A DNA stretch of 64,000 nt, from assembly GCA_965213925.1 (NCBI GenBank), contig OZ243927.1, forward strand, positions 576,001 through 640,000. The letters run 5' to 3'. The notes below the pieces were generated by a model. That model saw only the letters and a list, made by a program, of their open reading frames with translations, had not been told where the DNA came from and did not search any database. Below are positions 9,416-18,678 of the stretch, in pieces (positions within the stretch are counted from its first letter, which is position 1; each line of letters opens with the position of its first letter). The stretch comes from Trueperaceae bacterium (GTDB taxonomy: Bacteria > Deinococcota > Deinococci > Deinococcales > Trueperaceae). Both the position numbers and the translations under genes were made by a program.

Positions 9416-10069
9416 ATGTCTTTATCTATGATCATCAAACGCCTCATCGACATCGTCGGAGCCGCCTCGGTGCTGCTCGTTCTCTCCCCGCTTCTCATCG
9501 CGACGGTGATTTGTATCGTGTTGGAGGACGGCTTCCCTATCTTCTTCACGCAAAAGCGGGCGGGACAAGGTGAAAAAGAGTTCGACATCTTAAAGTTCCG
9601 CAGCATGAGGGTCAACACCGAAGCCGCCGAGACGATGGGCACGGTGACAGGGACGCACCCTCTGGTCACGCGCACGGGCCGCTTCATCCGCCGCTTCAAA
9701 ATCGACGAGTTGCCGCAGATCATCAACGTCTTAAAGGGCGACCTCAGTCTGGTGGGTCCGCGCCCGACGCTGCTCGCGCAAGTAAAAGAGTACAGCGACT
9801 TCGAGCGCCGCCGCATGGAAATGAAACCGGGCATGACGGGCTGGGCGCAGGTGAATGGCAACATCAACCTGCCCTGGGAAGAGCGCATCGCGTTAGACGT
9901 ATGGTACGTCGAGAACTGGTCACTTATTTTGGATTTCAAGATTTTACTGCGAACGGTGGGGGTCGTTCTCTTCGGCGAGACGCCTAACCCCCACGCCTTG
10001 GAGGAGGCTCACGCCCATGCAAGCCAATATGCAAACTGCCTTAAAAACCGTCCTCATCGGAGCGGTTGA
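9416..10069 (+). CDS. Bacterial sugar transferase (priming phosphoglycosyl transferase)
   Basis: KRLIDI, KFRSM, IDELPQIINVLKGDLSLVGPRP, KPGMTGWAQVNG, LDVWYVENWSL. Confidence 0.95.
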   Translation: MSLSMIIKRLIDIVGAASVLLVLSPLLIATVICIVLEDGFPIFFTQKRAGQGEKEFDILKFRSMRVNTEAAETMGTVTGTHPLVTRTGRFIRRFKIDELPQIINVLKGDLSLVGPRPTLLAQVKEYSDFERRRMEMKPGMTGWAQVNGNINLPWEERIALDVWYVENWSLILDFKILLRTVGVVLFGETPNPHALEEAHAHASQYANCLKNRPHRSG

Positions 10070-11015
10070 GAGCACTGAAACTGCCCTGAAATGCTTAGCC
10101 GAGCGCGGCACCCCGCCCGCTGCGCTGGTCACGCTGCCTTTAGAAAAAGCCTTTCGCCATTCTGACTTTGTGGACTTGCGTCCGCTAGCAGAAAAGCACG
10201 GTGTTAAAGTCATCGAGGCGGCGAACGTCAATAAGCCCGACATTTTAGAGCAACTTCACGAGGTCGCCCCGGACTACATCCTCGTCATCGGCTGGTCACA
10301 GATTCTTAAAGAGGAGCTCTTCGCCGCTGCTAAAGAGGATTTAATCGGCTATCACCCCGCGGTGATTCCCGAGAATAGAGGACGCGCGGTGATTCCCTGG
10401 ACGATTTTGCAGCGCAAGCGCACAGCGGGCGCGACGCTCTTCTGGCTCGACCAGGGAATGGACACGGGCGATATCTTGGTGCAGGAGTCGTTTCCGATTG
10501 ACGAAGACGAAACCGCTTACACGCTCTACTACAAGCAGTTGGGGCTCTTGGAGAAGATGCTCCACGACGCCTTGTGCCACATCGAAGCGGGCGACCCGCC
10601 GCGCATCAAACAGGACCATAGCCAAGCGACCTACTGCGCTAAGCGTACTAAAAACGACGGACTTATCGACTGGAACAAGAGCGCCGAAGAGGTCTGGACG
10701 CTCATCCGCGCCGTGACTCGCCCGTATCCGGGCGCGTTCACGTTTGACGGCGACATGCGGTTGACGATTTGGAACGCCGAATTTGTCGGCGAAGTACCCT
10801 ACTGGGGTAAGCCTGGACAGGTGCAAGCTTTCACGGACGAGGGCGCGCTGATTCAGTGCGGGGACGGCGAGCATATTTTAGTGACCGAGATGCAGGCGGA
10901 CGAGGACGCGCCCAAGCATCCGCAGGAAATACTCAAGATGCACGCGACGCTAGGGATTGACGTGCTTAAACTTTATACCCAACTTCAAAAGTTACAAGAG
11001 GTACGCAGTGAATAA
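10017..11015 (+). CDS. Fmt/ArnA-like formyltransferase, probably a sugar N-formyltransferase
   Basis: HPAVIPENRGRAVIPWTI, GMDTGDIL and IRAVTRPYPGAFT; glycosylation gene context. Confidence 0.85.
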   Translation: MQANMQTALKTVLIGAVESTETALKCLAERGTPPAALVTLPLEKAFRHSDFVDLRPLAEKHGVKVIEAANVNKPDILEQLHEVAPDYILVIGWSQILKEELFAAAKEDLIGYHPAVIPENRGRAVIPWTILQRKRTAGATLFWLDQGMDTGDILVQESFPIDEDETAYTLYYKQLGLLEKMLHDALCHIEAGDPPRIKQDHSQATYCAKRTKNDGLIDWNKSAEEVWTLIRAVTRPYPGAFTFDGDMRLTIWNAEFVGEVPYWGKPGQVQAFTDEGALIQCGDGEHILVTEMQADEDAPKHPQEILKMHATLGIDVLKLYTQLQKLQEVRSE

Positions 11016-11694
11016 CCCTGTGAGTGATACCGCTCTGATTTTAGCGCCGCATCCGGATGATGAGGTCTTGGGCTGCGGCGGCACGATGGCAAAGCTGGCG
11101 CAAGAGGGCTGGGACGTCGTCGTCCTCATTCCGACGAGAGGTGCAAAGCAGCTTTACAGCGATGAACAGGTGGCGACGGTGCGCCGCGAAGCGAAAGAGG
11201 TGCACGACTTTTTAGGCGTCGCGGATACGATTTTCTTGGACGACTTCCCGGCAGCGTACCTCGATACCGTGCCGCAAGCGGAGGTCAACATTGCGCTTTC
11301 CAAAATCGTGCAAGAGGTCAAGCCGAACGCGCTTTACCTGCCCTTTTTAGGCGACATCCACGACGACCACCAGCGCTTTTTTCATGCGGGGATGGTCGCG
11401 TCGCGTCCGAATGGCAACTACGCCCCTGAGCGCATCTACGCTTACGAAACCCTTTCTGAAACGAATTGGAACGCGCCGCTGCTCACGCCCGGCTTCATCC
11501 CGAACTCGTTTTACGACATTTCTGAAACGCTCGAGAAAAAACTGGACGCCATGAAGATGTACGGCAGCCAAGTCCGCCCCTTTCCCAACGAGAGGTCATT
11601 GGAATCTTTACGCGCCCTAGCCATGCTGCGCGGCTCGACGGTGGGCTTTCACGCGGCGGAGGCGTTCGTCATGGTGAGGGAGACGAGAGGGTAG
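11008..11694 (+). CDS. PIG-L/LmbE family N-deacetylase
   Basis: APHPDDEVLGCGGT, DIHDDH, YETLSET and AEAF motifs; GTG start overlaps the upstream stop. Confidence 0.9.
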   Translation: MNNPVSDTALILAPHPDDEVLGCGGTMAKLAQEGWDVVVLIPTRGAKQLYSDEQVATVRREAKEVHDFLGVADTIFLDDFPAAYLDTVPQAEVNIALSKIVQEVKPNALYLPFLGDIHDDHQRFFHAGMVASRPNGNYAPERIYAYETLSETNWNAPLLTPGFIPNSFYDISETLEKKLDAMKMYGSQVRPFPNERSLESLRALAMLRGSTVGFHAAEAFVMVRETRG

Positions 11695-11812
11695 GTACGG
11701 CACGGCTCTCATTCGGCACACCTCAGTTTTCTCATAAAAGTGAAGTTTGTATGAACGGAGACGGCTAAATATCACATCGCAACCCTGCGCGCTAGGCCTA
11801 CAATGAAGTACC

Positions 11813-12118
11813 ATGAAAATAGCCGAGTTCGAGACACACTCTTCCTACGTCAACCAAACGCTCGCTGATTCGGTTCAAATGCTCCAGGCAGAGATCGACC
11901 AAACGATGGATAGGAGTGTGGGCTTGTACCTTACCGCCTACATTGCTATAGGCGTGGTCATCATAGCGTCTTTGCAGTGGACGCTGAATTTACCTCCTTT
12001 CGCCATGCTCGCGCTTACCCTCCTCTACCTAGCAGGTATTTTCGGGTTCTCCCTTCTTAAACTCTACCGGGCTATTCGAAAAGCTGAGTGCCTCAGTAGC
12101 GTTCTTAATGCTCAGTAG
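11813..12118 (+). CDS. Small two-TM membrane protein
   Basis: Two hydrophobic stretches; TACAAT -10 shortly upstream. Confidence 0.6.
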   Translation: MKIAEFETHSSYVNQTLADSVQMLQAEIDQTMDRSVGLYLTAYIAIGVVIIASLQWTLNLPPFAMLALTLLYLAGIFGFSLLKLYRAIRKAECLSSVLNAQ

Positions 12119-12194
12119 CGGTCATGTGAGGCTGGCTATTTGAAGCCTTCTTTCGAAAGGTTCTAAAGCAGCTTAAAACCGCTAAACTGATCTC

Positions 12195-12857
12195 ATGGCG
12201 AAATCGTTCGTACCACTGGTGCATCTCGAGCATTCACCGAGCGAGATGAAGCGCCGCGCCGCGCGCTTTTACGAAGAGGTCAAGGCGCGGCGCTCCGTGC
12301 GCGACTTTTCGGACAGACCCGTACCTAAAGAGGTCATCGAGCATTGCCTTTTAGCTGCGGGCACTGCGCCCAACGGCGCAAATTTACAACCGTGGCACTT
12401 CGTCGCGGTGAGTAACGGGGCGGTTAAGCGGCGAATTCGCGCGGCGGCAGAAGCCGAAGAGCGCGAGTTCTACGCGCGCCGCGCTCCCGACGAGTGGTTG
12501 GACGCGCTCGCGCCGCTCGGGACGGACGCGAACAAACCTTTTCTGGAGCGCGCGCCCGTTCTCATCGCCGTCTTCGCGCAGCGCTACGGGCTAGAAAACG
12601 GCAACAAGGTCAAGCACTATTACGTGTCAGAATCCGTAGGCATCGCCTGCGGCGTTCTTGTCACGGCGCTCCACCACGCGGGGCTCGCCTGCTTGACACA
12701 TACGCCGAGCCCGATGAGGTTTCTAAGCGAAATTTTAGAACGCCCCAAGCGCGAGCAAGCGTACCTCTTGCTCGTCGTGGGCTACCCGGCCGAGGGCGCG
12801 GAGGTGCCTGAGATCGAGAAGAAACCGCTCGCAGAAATTGCGACGTTCCTCGAGTAA
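12195..12857 (+). CDS. Nitroreductase, iodotyrosine deiodinase (IYD)-like
   Basis: [21 protein letters not shown], lid [44 protein letters not shown] and LTHTPSPM. Confidence 0.85.
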   Translation: MAKSFVPLVHLEHSPSEMKRRAARFYEEVKARRSVRDFSDRPVPKEVIEHCLLAAGTAPNGANLQPWHFVAVSNGAVKRRIRAAAEAEEREFYARRAPDEWLDALAPLGTDANKPFLERAPVLIAVFAQRYGLENGNKVKHYYVSESVGIACGVLVTALHHAGLACLTHTPSPMRFLSEILERPKREQAYLLLVVGYPAEGAEVPEIEKKPLAEIATFLE

Positions 12858-12866
12858 CCTTTCCAA

Positions 12867-13916
12867 CTAAGAATCCGCCACGCCCGCCTCCGCAAAGGTC
12901 GCCATATCCGCGAGAACGGCGGCGGCGCTCTCCAGTATTCCAAACGCTAAAACCGCGCCCGAGCCCTCCCCCAAACGCATGTCGAACGCGAAGAGCGGCG
13001 CTAAACCGAGGTGTTTCAGCTGCCTTTTGTGTCCGGGCTCTTGCGACAGGTGCGACGCGAAGAGGTAGTCTTTGACGTTCGGATTTAGCGCGGTCGCAAC
13101 GAGCGCGGCGGAGGTCGCGATAAAGCCGTCCAAAACTACAGGAACACGCCGCGCGGCCGCACCGAGATAAAAGCCCGTGAGCGCGGCGATTTCTAAGCCG
13201 CCGACCTTTGCTAAGACCTCTAAAGGTCTCGAGGCGTCGGGCTGATGCTTAGCGAGCACACGTTGAATCACGCCGATCTTATGGGTTAGGCGCTCGTCGT
13301 CTATGCCCGTCCCGCGTCCCGTCACCTCTCGGACCTCGCTCGATGTGAAAACAGCGGTCAGCGCTGCTGCCGCTGTCGTGTTGCCGATGCCCATTTCGCC
13401 TCCCGCGAGGAGCGTCGCGCCCCCCTGGATGAGCGTGTCGGCGACTTCGGTGCCGACCTCGCACGCCCGTTCGACCTCCCCCGATGTCATCGCGGGCTCG
13501 TCCGCCATGTTCTTCGTGCCCGGCGCGACTTTGCGGTTCAGGAGTGCGGGGTGAGGCTCCACGTCCGTCGCGACGCCGACATCCACGATGAGGAACGAGG
13601 CGTCTGCGACCTCCGCGAGCGCGTTCACCGCCGCGCCGCCTCGCAAGAAGTTCACGACCATCTGCGCCGTGACCTCTTGCGGAAACGCCGACACGCCCGC
13701 CGCCGTGACGCCGTGGTCGGCGGCGAAAACGGCGACGCCTTTGCCCTTCACGCGAGGTTTGGGCGTGCCGTAAATCGAGGCGAGACGAATACCTAGGGGC
13801 TCAAGCTGACCCAAACTCCCCGGCGGCTTGGTGAGCTGGTCATGCCGCGCCCTCGCTCGCTCCGCGACCCCTCGGTCTGCGCCGCCGATGTTTTCCACGG
13901 CCTCTCTAAGCGTCAA
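12867..13916 (-). CDS. cobT: Nicotinate-nucleotide--dimethylbenzimidazole phosphoribosyltransferase
   Basis: LTKPPGSLGQLE, FAADHGV, GEMGIGNTT, GRGTG and MRLGEGSGA. Confidence 0.95.
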   Translation of the reverse strand: MTLREAVENIGGADRGVAERARARHDQLTKPPGSLGQLEPLGIRLASIYGTPKPRVKGKGVAVFAADHGVTAAGVSAFPQEVTAQMVVNFLRGGAAVNALAEVADASFLIVDVGVATDVEPHPALLNRKVAPGTKNMADEPAMTSGEVERACEVGTEVADTLIQGGATLLAGGEMGIGNTTAAAALTAVFTSSEVREVTGRGTGIDDERLTHKIGVIQRVLAKHQPDASRPLEVLAKVGGLEIAALTGFYLGAAARRVPVVLDGFIATSAALVATALNPNVKDYLFASHLSQEPGHKRQLKHLGLAPLFAFDMRLGEGSGAVLAFGILESAAAVLADMATFAEAGVADS

Positions 13917-14472
13917 CTGTGACCTCCGGCGGCGTTCCTTTGAGCACCTGCGGGATGCCGACGCTCATGAGGACGACCGCGTCGGCGGCTCGAGCGACCC
14001 TCGCGTTCGCCGCCCCGAGCGCGTCCCTGAACCAGCGCCCTAACGGATACGCCGGGACGACACCGCTGCCGACCTCGTTACTGACGATGATAACGGTCTT
14101 TTGGGAGGTTCGAACCGCTTCTACGACCTCTTCGACCGCGTCCGAAATCGCTTGCGCCGCCGCGACCTCGCCCCTATCCTCGTGCTCCAACAAGAGGTTC
14201 GACACAAACCCCGATAGACAGTCGAGGAGGACGATGTCTGCTTCCACTTGAGAGATTGCCTCAGCCACCTCCAAGCGAGTCTCGAGCGTGCGCCAGCCCG
14301 CAGGTCGCCGCGCCCTATGCTGCGCGACGCGGCGCGTCATCTCGTCGTCGGAAGCGTCCAAGGTGGCGATATACGCGACTTCACCCCCGAAGTGCGCTTC
14401 ATAGTGCGCTGCCAAAACCTCCGCGTAGCGCGACTTGCCCGAACGCGCCCCGCCCGTGACGAAAACCTTCAA
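13906..14472 (-). CDS. cobU: Adenosylcobinamide kinase / cobinamide-phosphate guanylyltransferase
   Basis: TGGARSGKS, HRARRPAGW, LDCL and VSNEVGSGVVP. Confidence 0.95.
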   Translation of the reverse strand: MKVFVTGGARSGKSRYAEVLAAHYEAHFGGEVAYIATLDASDDEMTRRVAQHRARRPAGWRTLETRLEVAEAISQVEADIVLLDCLSGFVSNLLLEHEDRGEVAAAQAISDAVEEVVEAVRTSQKTVIIVSNEVGSGVVPAYPLGRWFRDALGAANARVARAADAVVLMSVGIPQVLKGTPPEVTVDA

Positions 14473-15092
14473 TCAGGTACCGTCTGCAAATCGCCCAGGT
14501 GCGACGTGTCGTTCACCTTGCTGACGATGATGCCCATGTCGCCGATGACGAGCCGAGTCACGCTACCCAGGTCCACCTGGAAGCGCCAGGTCTGAGCGTG
14601 CGGCAAGCCCGTCACATGGTAGAGCGCGCTGCGAATCGTGCCGCCGTGCGTAAAAGCGACCGCGCGCCCCGACTTAGGGAGTTCGCCCAGCCACTCGCGC
14701 ACGCGCCCCAAGAGGTCTTCGTACGACTCGCCCTCGGGGGCGCGGTTGCGGTAGGGGTCTTTGAACCAGGCATCTAAGGCGCGCTTGTCCGCGCCCTCCA
14801 TCTCGCGCCAATACTTGCCCTCCCACGCGCCGAAGTCGATCTCGCGCAGCCGAGGCTCCAACTGCACATCCGCCGCTGGCAAGACCAGCCGAGAGGTGTA
14901 GCGCGTGCGAGAGAGGTCCGAGGCATAGACCGCGTCGAAACGCAGGTGCCCGATGCGCTTAGCCAAGCATTCCGCCTGCTGAATGCCGAGTTCATTTAAG
15001 GGCGGGTCGCTCTGACCCAACGCGCGCCCCTCGCGGTTCCACAGCGTTTCGCCGTGGCGCACGAGCCAGAGTTCCAAGACGTTGTTAGGCAT
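14469..15092 (-). CDS. Histidine phosphatase (CobC-like alpha-ribazole phosphatase candidate)
   Basis: RHGET, SDLSR, LREIDFGAWEG and HGG; in the cob operon. Confidence 0.85.
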   Translation of the reverse strand: MPNNVLELWLVRHGETLWNREGRALGQSDPPLNELGIQQAECLAKRIGHLRFDAVYASDLSRTRYTSRLVLPAADVQLEPRLREIDFGAWEGKYWREMEGADKRALDAWFKDPYRNRAPEGESYEDLLGRVREWLGELPKSGRAVAFTHGGTIRSALYHVTGLPHAQTWRFQVDLGSVTRLVIGDMGIIVSKVNDTSHLGDLQTVPD

Positions 15093-15699
15093 GATGCTCC
15101 TCTAGTTCCGCTTCTAAGTGTGACACGTCCCCTACCGTTTCGATGAGCGTCAGTTCCTCCTCTAAGCGCAACTTGGTCACGCTCGTATTTCCGAACAGAA
15201 AGTGCCAGTCCAGCGAGTGAGGCGGCTTTATAATGGAAAGTATAGAGGCGCGAATCGTGCCGCCATGCGAAAACGCAACGATGCGCCCTTCGGGAGGCAA
15301 CGACCCTAACCACGCCCTCACCCTCGTCTGCAAATCCGTCCAAGATTCGCCCTGTGGTAGAGCAACGTTGTAAGGGTCAGCGCGGTGCGCCTCATAAGCG
15401 TAGCGCTCATCCTCGGTAAATTTTGCGTGCGTTTTGCCCTCCAACGTACCAAAGCTTATCTCACGCAGCCGCTTGTCCAGACAGATATCGCGTTTACCGA
15501 CGACGATTTTCGCTGTATGATGCGCTCTCTTCGAGTCCGAAGCATAAACCCTATCAAAGCGCTGAGAGGTCAAGCGTTCAGCCAACCTTTTCGCCTGCTG
15601 CACACCTAAAGCGTTGAGAGGCACGTCCGTTTGCCCCTGGATGCGGCGCTCTCTATTCCAGTCGGTTTCGCCGTGTCGTATGAGCCATAGGTCTAACAC
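15085..15699 (-). CDS. Histidine phosphatase (second tandem paralogue)
   Basis: RHGETDWN, LREISFGTLEG and HGGTIR. Confidence 0.85.
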   Translation of the reverse strand: MLDLWLIRHGETDWNRERRIQGQTDVPLNALGVQQAKRLAERLTSQRFDRVYASDSKRAHHTAKIVVGKRDICLDKRLREISFGTLEGKTHAKFTEDERYAYEAHRADPYNVALPQGESWTDLQTRVRAWLGSLPPEGRIVAFSHGGTIRASILSIIKPPHSLDWHFLFGNTSVTKLRLEEELTLIETVGDVSHLEAELEEHHA

Positions 15700-15821
15700 G
15701 TTTGTTACTGTATCAGCTACAGGATAGTGTAATGTTTACCTGAATTTGAAGAAGCTCGTCAGCGCTTCAGCATTTCAGGTTTTCCTGACGAGCTGATACG
15801 CTGAAGTGCTACCCTAGCCTC

Positions 15822-16811
15822 ATGAACCTCCGTCCTCTCGGCAAAACGGACCTCAGGGTCTCCCCGCTCGGTTTAGGGCTCGCGGCGCTAGGCAGACCGG
15901 GCTACATCAACTTGGGACATGCAGAAGACCTGGAGCGCGACTACGACGTGGACGCGGTGAGAGAGCACGCGCACAGGGTGCTGGATACCGCTTACAAGAA
16001 CGGCGTCCGCTACTTCGACGCGGCGCGTTCTTACGGCCGCGCTGAGGCGTTTTTGGGAAGCTGGCTCGAGTCGAGACGTTTTGACGGTTGCGTTGTAGGC
16101 TCTAAATGGGGCTACACCTACACGGCAGCTTGGCAGGTGGACGCGGACGAGCATGAGGTCAAGGAGCATTCGCGGACCAAGCTGGATGAGCAGTGGCAGG
16201 AGAGCCGAGCCCTGTTGGGGAAGCACCTCAACCTCTATCAGATTCATTCGGCCAAGCTCGAGACCGGCGTTTTGAACAACACAGATGTTTTAGAAGGACT
16301 TGCAAAGATTAAGGCGTCGGGCGTTCATGTCGGTTTGTCGCTTAGCGGTCCGTCACAAGCGCAAACGTTGGAAAAAGCGTCAGAGGTCGAAGTTGACGGC
16401 GAAAAGCTCTTCAGCACCGTGCAGGCGACGTGGAACGTGCTCGAGCCCTCCGCAGGTGACCTACTCGAGATTGCCCATGGCGAAGGGTTGGGCGTCATCA
16501 TCAAAGAAGGCTTAGCGAACGGGCGGCTCACCCGCCGCAACGACGCGCCTGGGTTTGCCGATAAGCTGAAGGTTCTTAAAGAACAAGCTGAGAGGTTGGA
16601 GACGACGGTCGAGAGCTTGGCGCTGGCAGCAATTTTGCAGCAACCCTGGGTGGGTATCGTCCTGAGCGGGGCGGCGCGAGAAGAGCACCTGCTCGAGAAC
16701 CTAAACGCGACCCGTGTTTCTTTAGACGAAGAAGCAGCGCGCGCACTCGCGCAACTCGCCGAGCCGCCCGAAGCGTATTGGCAGACGCGCTCGAGCCTCG
16801 CTTGGACGTAA
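15822..16811 (+). CDS. Aldo/keto reductase
   Basis: LGKTDLRVSPLGLG, FDAARSYG, SKWG and LYQIHS. Confidence 0.9.
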   Translation: MNLRPLGKTDLRVSPLGLGLAALGRPGYINLGHAEDLERDYDVDAVREHAHRVLDTAYKNGVRYFDAARSYGRAEAFLGSWLESRRFDGCVVGSKWGYTYTAAWQVDADEHEVKEHSRTKLDEQWQESRALLGKHLNLYQIHSAKLETGVLNNTDVLEGLAKIKASGVHVGLSLSGPSQAQTLEKASEVEVDGEKLFSTVQATWNVLEPSAGDLLEIAHGEGLGVIIKEGLANGRLTRRNDAPGFADKLKVLKEQAERLETTVESLALAAILQQPWVGIVLSGAAREEHLLENLNATRVSLDEEAARALAQLAEPPEAYWQTRSSLAWT

Positions 16812-16895
16812 CGAATATCGGTAGCTTCGGCACCTGCTATGAAGCCTTGACTCTTCCGTAACAGTAGACTTCACACTAGGCTAAAGGAGACACAC

Positions 16896-18092
16896 ATGGA
16901 CCAACCTTCAGCCACACGTTCACCTCTCACACGCCGAACCTTCTTGAGACGCACAGGCGCAGGTATGCTCGTCCTTGCTGCAGGCGGCACCTACCGCGCC
17001 GTGGACCAGGGCGTCTTCGCGTCAGGTCAAGGTGAAGCGTATGAACCCTGGCGCGAGTGGCGCACCCAACCGGAGCTGGGACCCCTGCGCCTCGTCCAAT
17101 CCGCCATCTTAGCGGCGAACCCGCACAACACGCAGCCCTGGCTCTTCCGCGTTCGGGAGGGCAGCGTCGAGCTTTTCGCAAACACCTCGAGACATCTAGG
17201 CGCGATGGACCCCTTTTTACGCGAGATGCACCTTGGGCTCGGCTGTGCGCTAGAAAATATGATGCTCACGGCGAGAGCGGAGGGGTATGAGGTGGATTTG
17301 AGGCTCGAGCCCGGCACCCTTAGCGGACCCTCTGAGGCAGAGTTCATCAAGGTTGCGACGCTCAACCTCTCGCCCGCCGAGAAGGAAACCTCCCCTCTTT
17401 ACGCCGCCGTCCCGGAGCGACACACGGACCGCTCGAGCTACGCGCCACAAGAGGTCGAAGCGGAGAAGTTGGAGGAGATGAGGGCGCTTACCGGAGCGGA
17501 CACCAGACTCTTTCTCTTCCAAGCGGGGACTGCATTTAATACCTTTGCTGAGGAGACGATTAAAGCAACAGAAACGATTATTGCCGATAAGATCATGTCT
17601 CGAGACTCCCACGCCTGGTTCGATAAGAACTGGCAAGAGGTCCAGCAGGGCAAGGACGGACCGTATATCGACACCTCGGGCGTCTCGCCGCTGCTTCGCG
17701 CCGCCGTAAAGATGTTGCCGCCCACCTCGGACAAGATGCTTGATGACGGGTGGCTCAGTGGCACCAAAACAACCTTACCCGCTACGCCCGTGCTCGGCCT
17801 ACTCGCCGTTCGTGACCTCTACAACAAGCCACAAACCTTGAATGCAGGGCGCGTGTGGCAGCGGCTCCACTTATGGATGAGCGCGAACGGGCTCGCAGCG
17901 CAACCTGTGAATCAGATGCTCGAGGTCGTAGACCGTCAGCGTCAGCTAGGGCAGAGAGCGCGGATGGCGAACGTCGTTGACGAACTTACAGGCGGTCCCG
18001 CCTGGCGTCCCACCTTCGCCTTTCGCTTGGGCTATCCGAATACAGGTGTGCTGCCGAGTGCCCGCCGCCCTGTGAGTGAGGTACTTGTTTGA
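16896..18092 (+). CDS. Acg-family FMN-binding nitroreductase-like protein with a Tat signal peptide
   Basis: TRRTFL twin-arginine signal; AANPHNTQPW, GCALEN, RHTDR, AGRVWQRLHL and FRLGY. Confidence 0.85.
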   Translation: MDQPSATRSPLTRRTFLRRTGAGMLVLAAGGTYRAVDQGVFASGQGEAYEPWREWRTQPELGPLRLVQSAILAANPHNTQPWLFRVREGSVELFANTSRHLGAMDPFLREMHLGLGCALENMMLTARAEGYEVDLRLEPGTLSGPSEAEFIKVATLNLSPAEKETSPLYAAVPERHTDRSSYAPQEVEAEKLEEMRALTGADTRLFLFQAGTAFNTFAEETIKATETIIADKIMSRDSHAWFDKNWQEVQQGKDGPYIDTSGVSPLLRAAVKMLPPTSDKMLDDGWLSGTKTTLPATPVLGLLAVRDLYNKPQTLNAGRVWQRLHLWMSANGLAAQPVNQMLEVVDRQRQLGQRARMANVVDELTGGPAWRPTFAFRLGYPNTGVLPSARRPVSEVLV

Positions 18093-18208
18093 TTCCAGTA
18101 TGAGCGTTTGCGACTAAGAACTCGCAAGCTTGATTATTCGGATGAGCAAAAACTATGCTTTAGTCGCACAACTCTAAGACAGGTCAAAACTTCACCAAAC
18201 TACTTCTT

Positions 18209-18243
18209 GAGGGGCGACAGCTTATTGCGTCGTCCTCTTCTTT
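18209..18243 (+). terminator. Probable intrinsic terminator
   Basis: GAGGGGCGAC...GTCGTCCTC followed by TTCTTT. Confidence 0.55.
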
Positions 18244-18509
18244 GCTGAACCATGCCTTTTATGTTCAGATAGAGGTTCTTTCCAGTTTAGGTTACTTCGG
18301 TGCACCTGCTTGCATGTGAAATATCTACACAAAAAATTAACATAAAAAGCATATTCTATAAACGTTTAGGAATGTTAAATCTTTCCTAAAGGTTTTTACA
18401 ACGCGCTGTCACAAGGTCCTAATTTAGACGATTTATAGTGAGGGTCAAGAGAGCGTAAAAATCACGTCTACGACACAATTTTCGCCTTCTTAAAACACGC
18501 TAGCCCCTC

Positions 18510-18538
18510 TTGACATGCCTTAATATATAAGGTAAAAT
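18510..18538 (+). promoter_or_regulatory. Near-consensus sigma70 promoter of the Crp/Fnr gene, with a palindrome in the spacer
   Basis: TTGACA-17nt-TAAAAT; the spacer contains CCTTA-atata-TAAGG. Confidence 0.8.
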
Positions 18539-18678
18539 CATTAACAGATAGAGGCATATTCCTCCTACTCAGGTAGAGCGCTGAAAAACCACCTGAGCTA
18601 ACCCCTTCAAATTTTTCTTCATACCCTTCCTTAAAAGCTCTAACCCTTACACCCTACATTCAAGAAAGGTCTACACCT

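Noticed and set aside
10017..11015. Housekeeping methionyl-tRNA formyltransferase (fmt)
   Set aside because: The HP-x-LLP motif is divergent, the gene sits among sugar-modification genes, and no def gene is adjacent.
12195..12857. bluB call for the nitroreductase next to cobT
   Set aside because: The motifs match the IYD subgroup, and the gene is convergent with the cob operon rather than part of it.
15700..15821. Cobalamin riboswitch at the AGCTCGTCAG...CTGACGAGCT inverted repeat
   Set aside because: The region is too short, lacks a B12-box, and both flanking genes appear leaderless; at most it is an operator.
18315..18331. Canonical CRP site
   Set aside because: The half-site spacing does not fit TGTGA-N6-TCACA; it is reported only as a palindrome.
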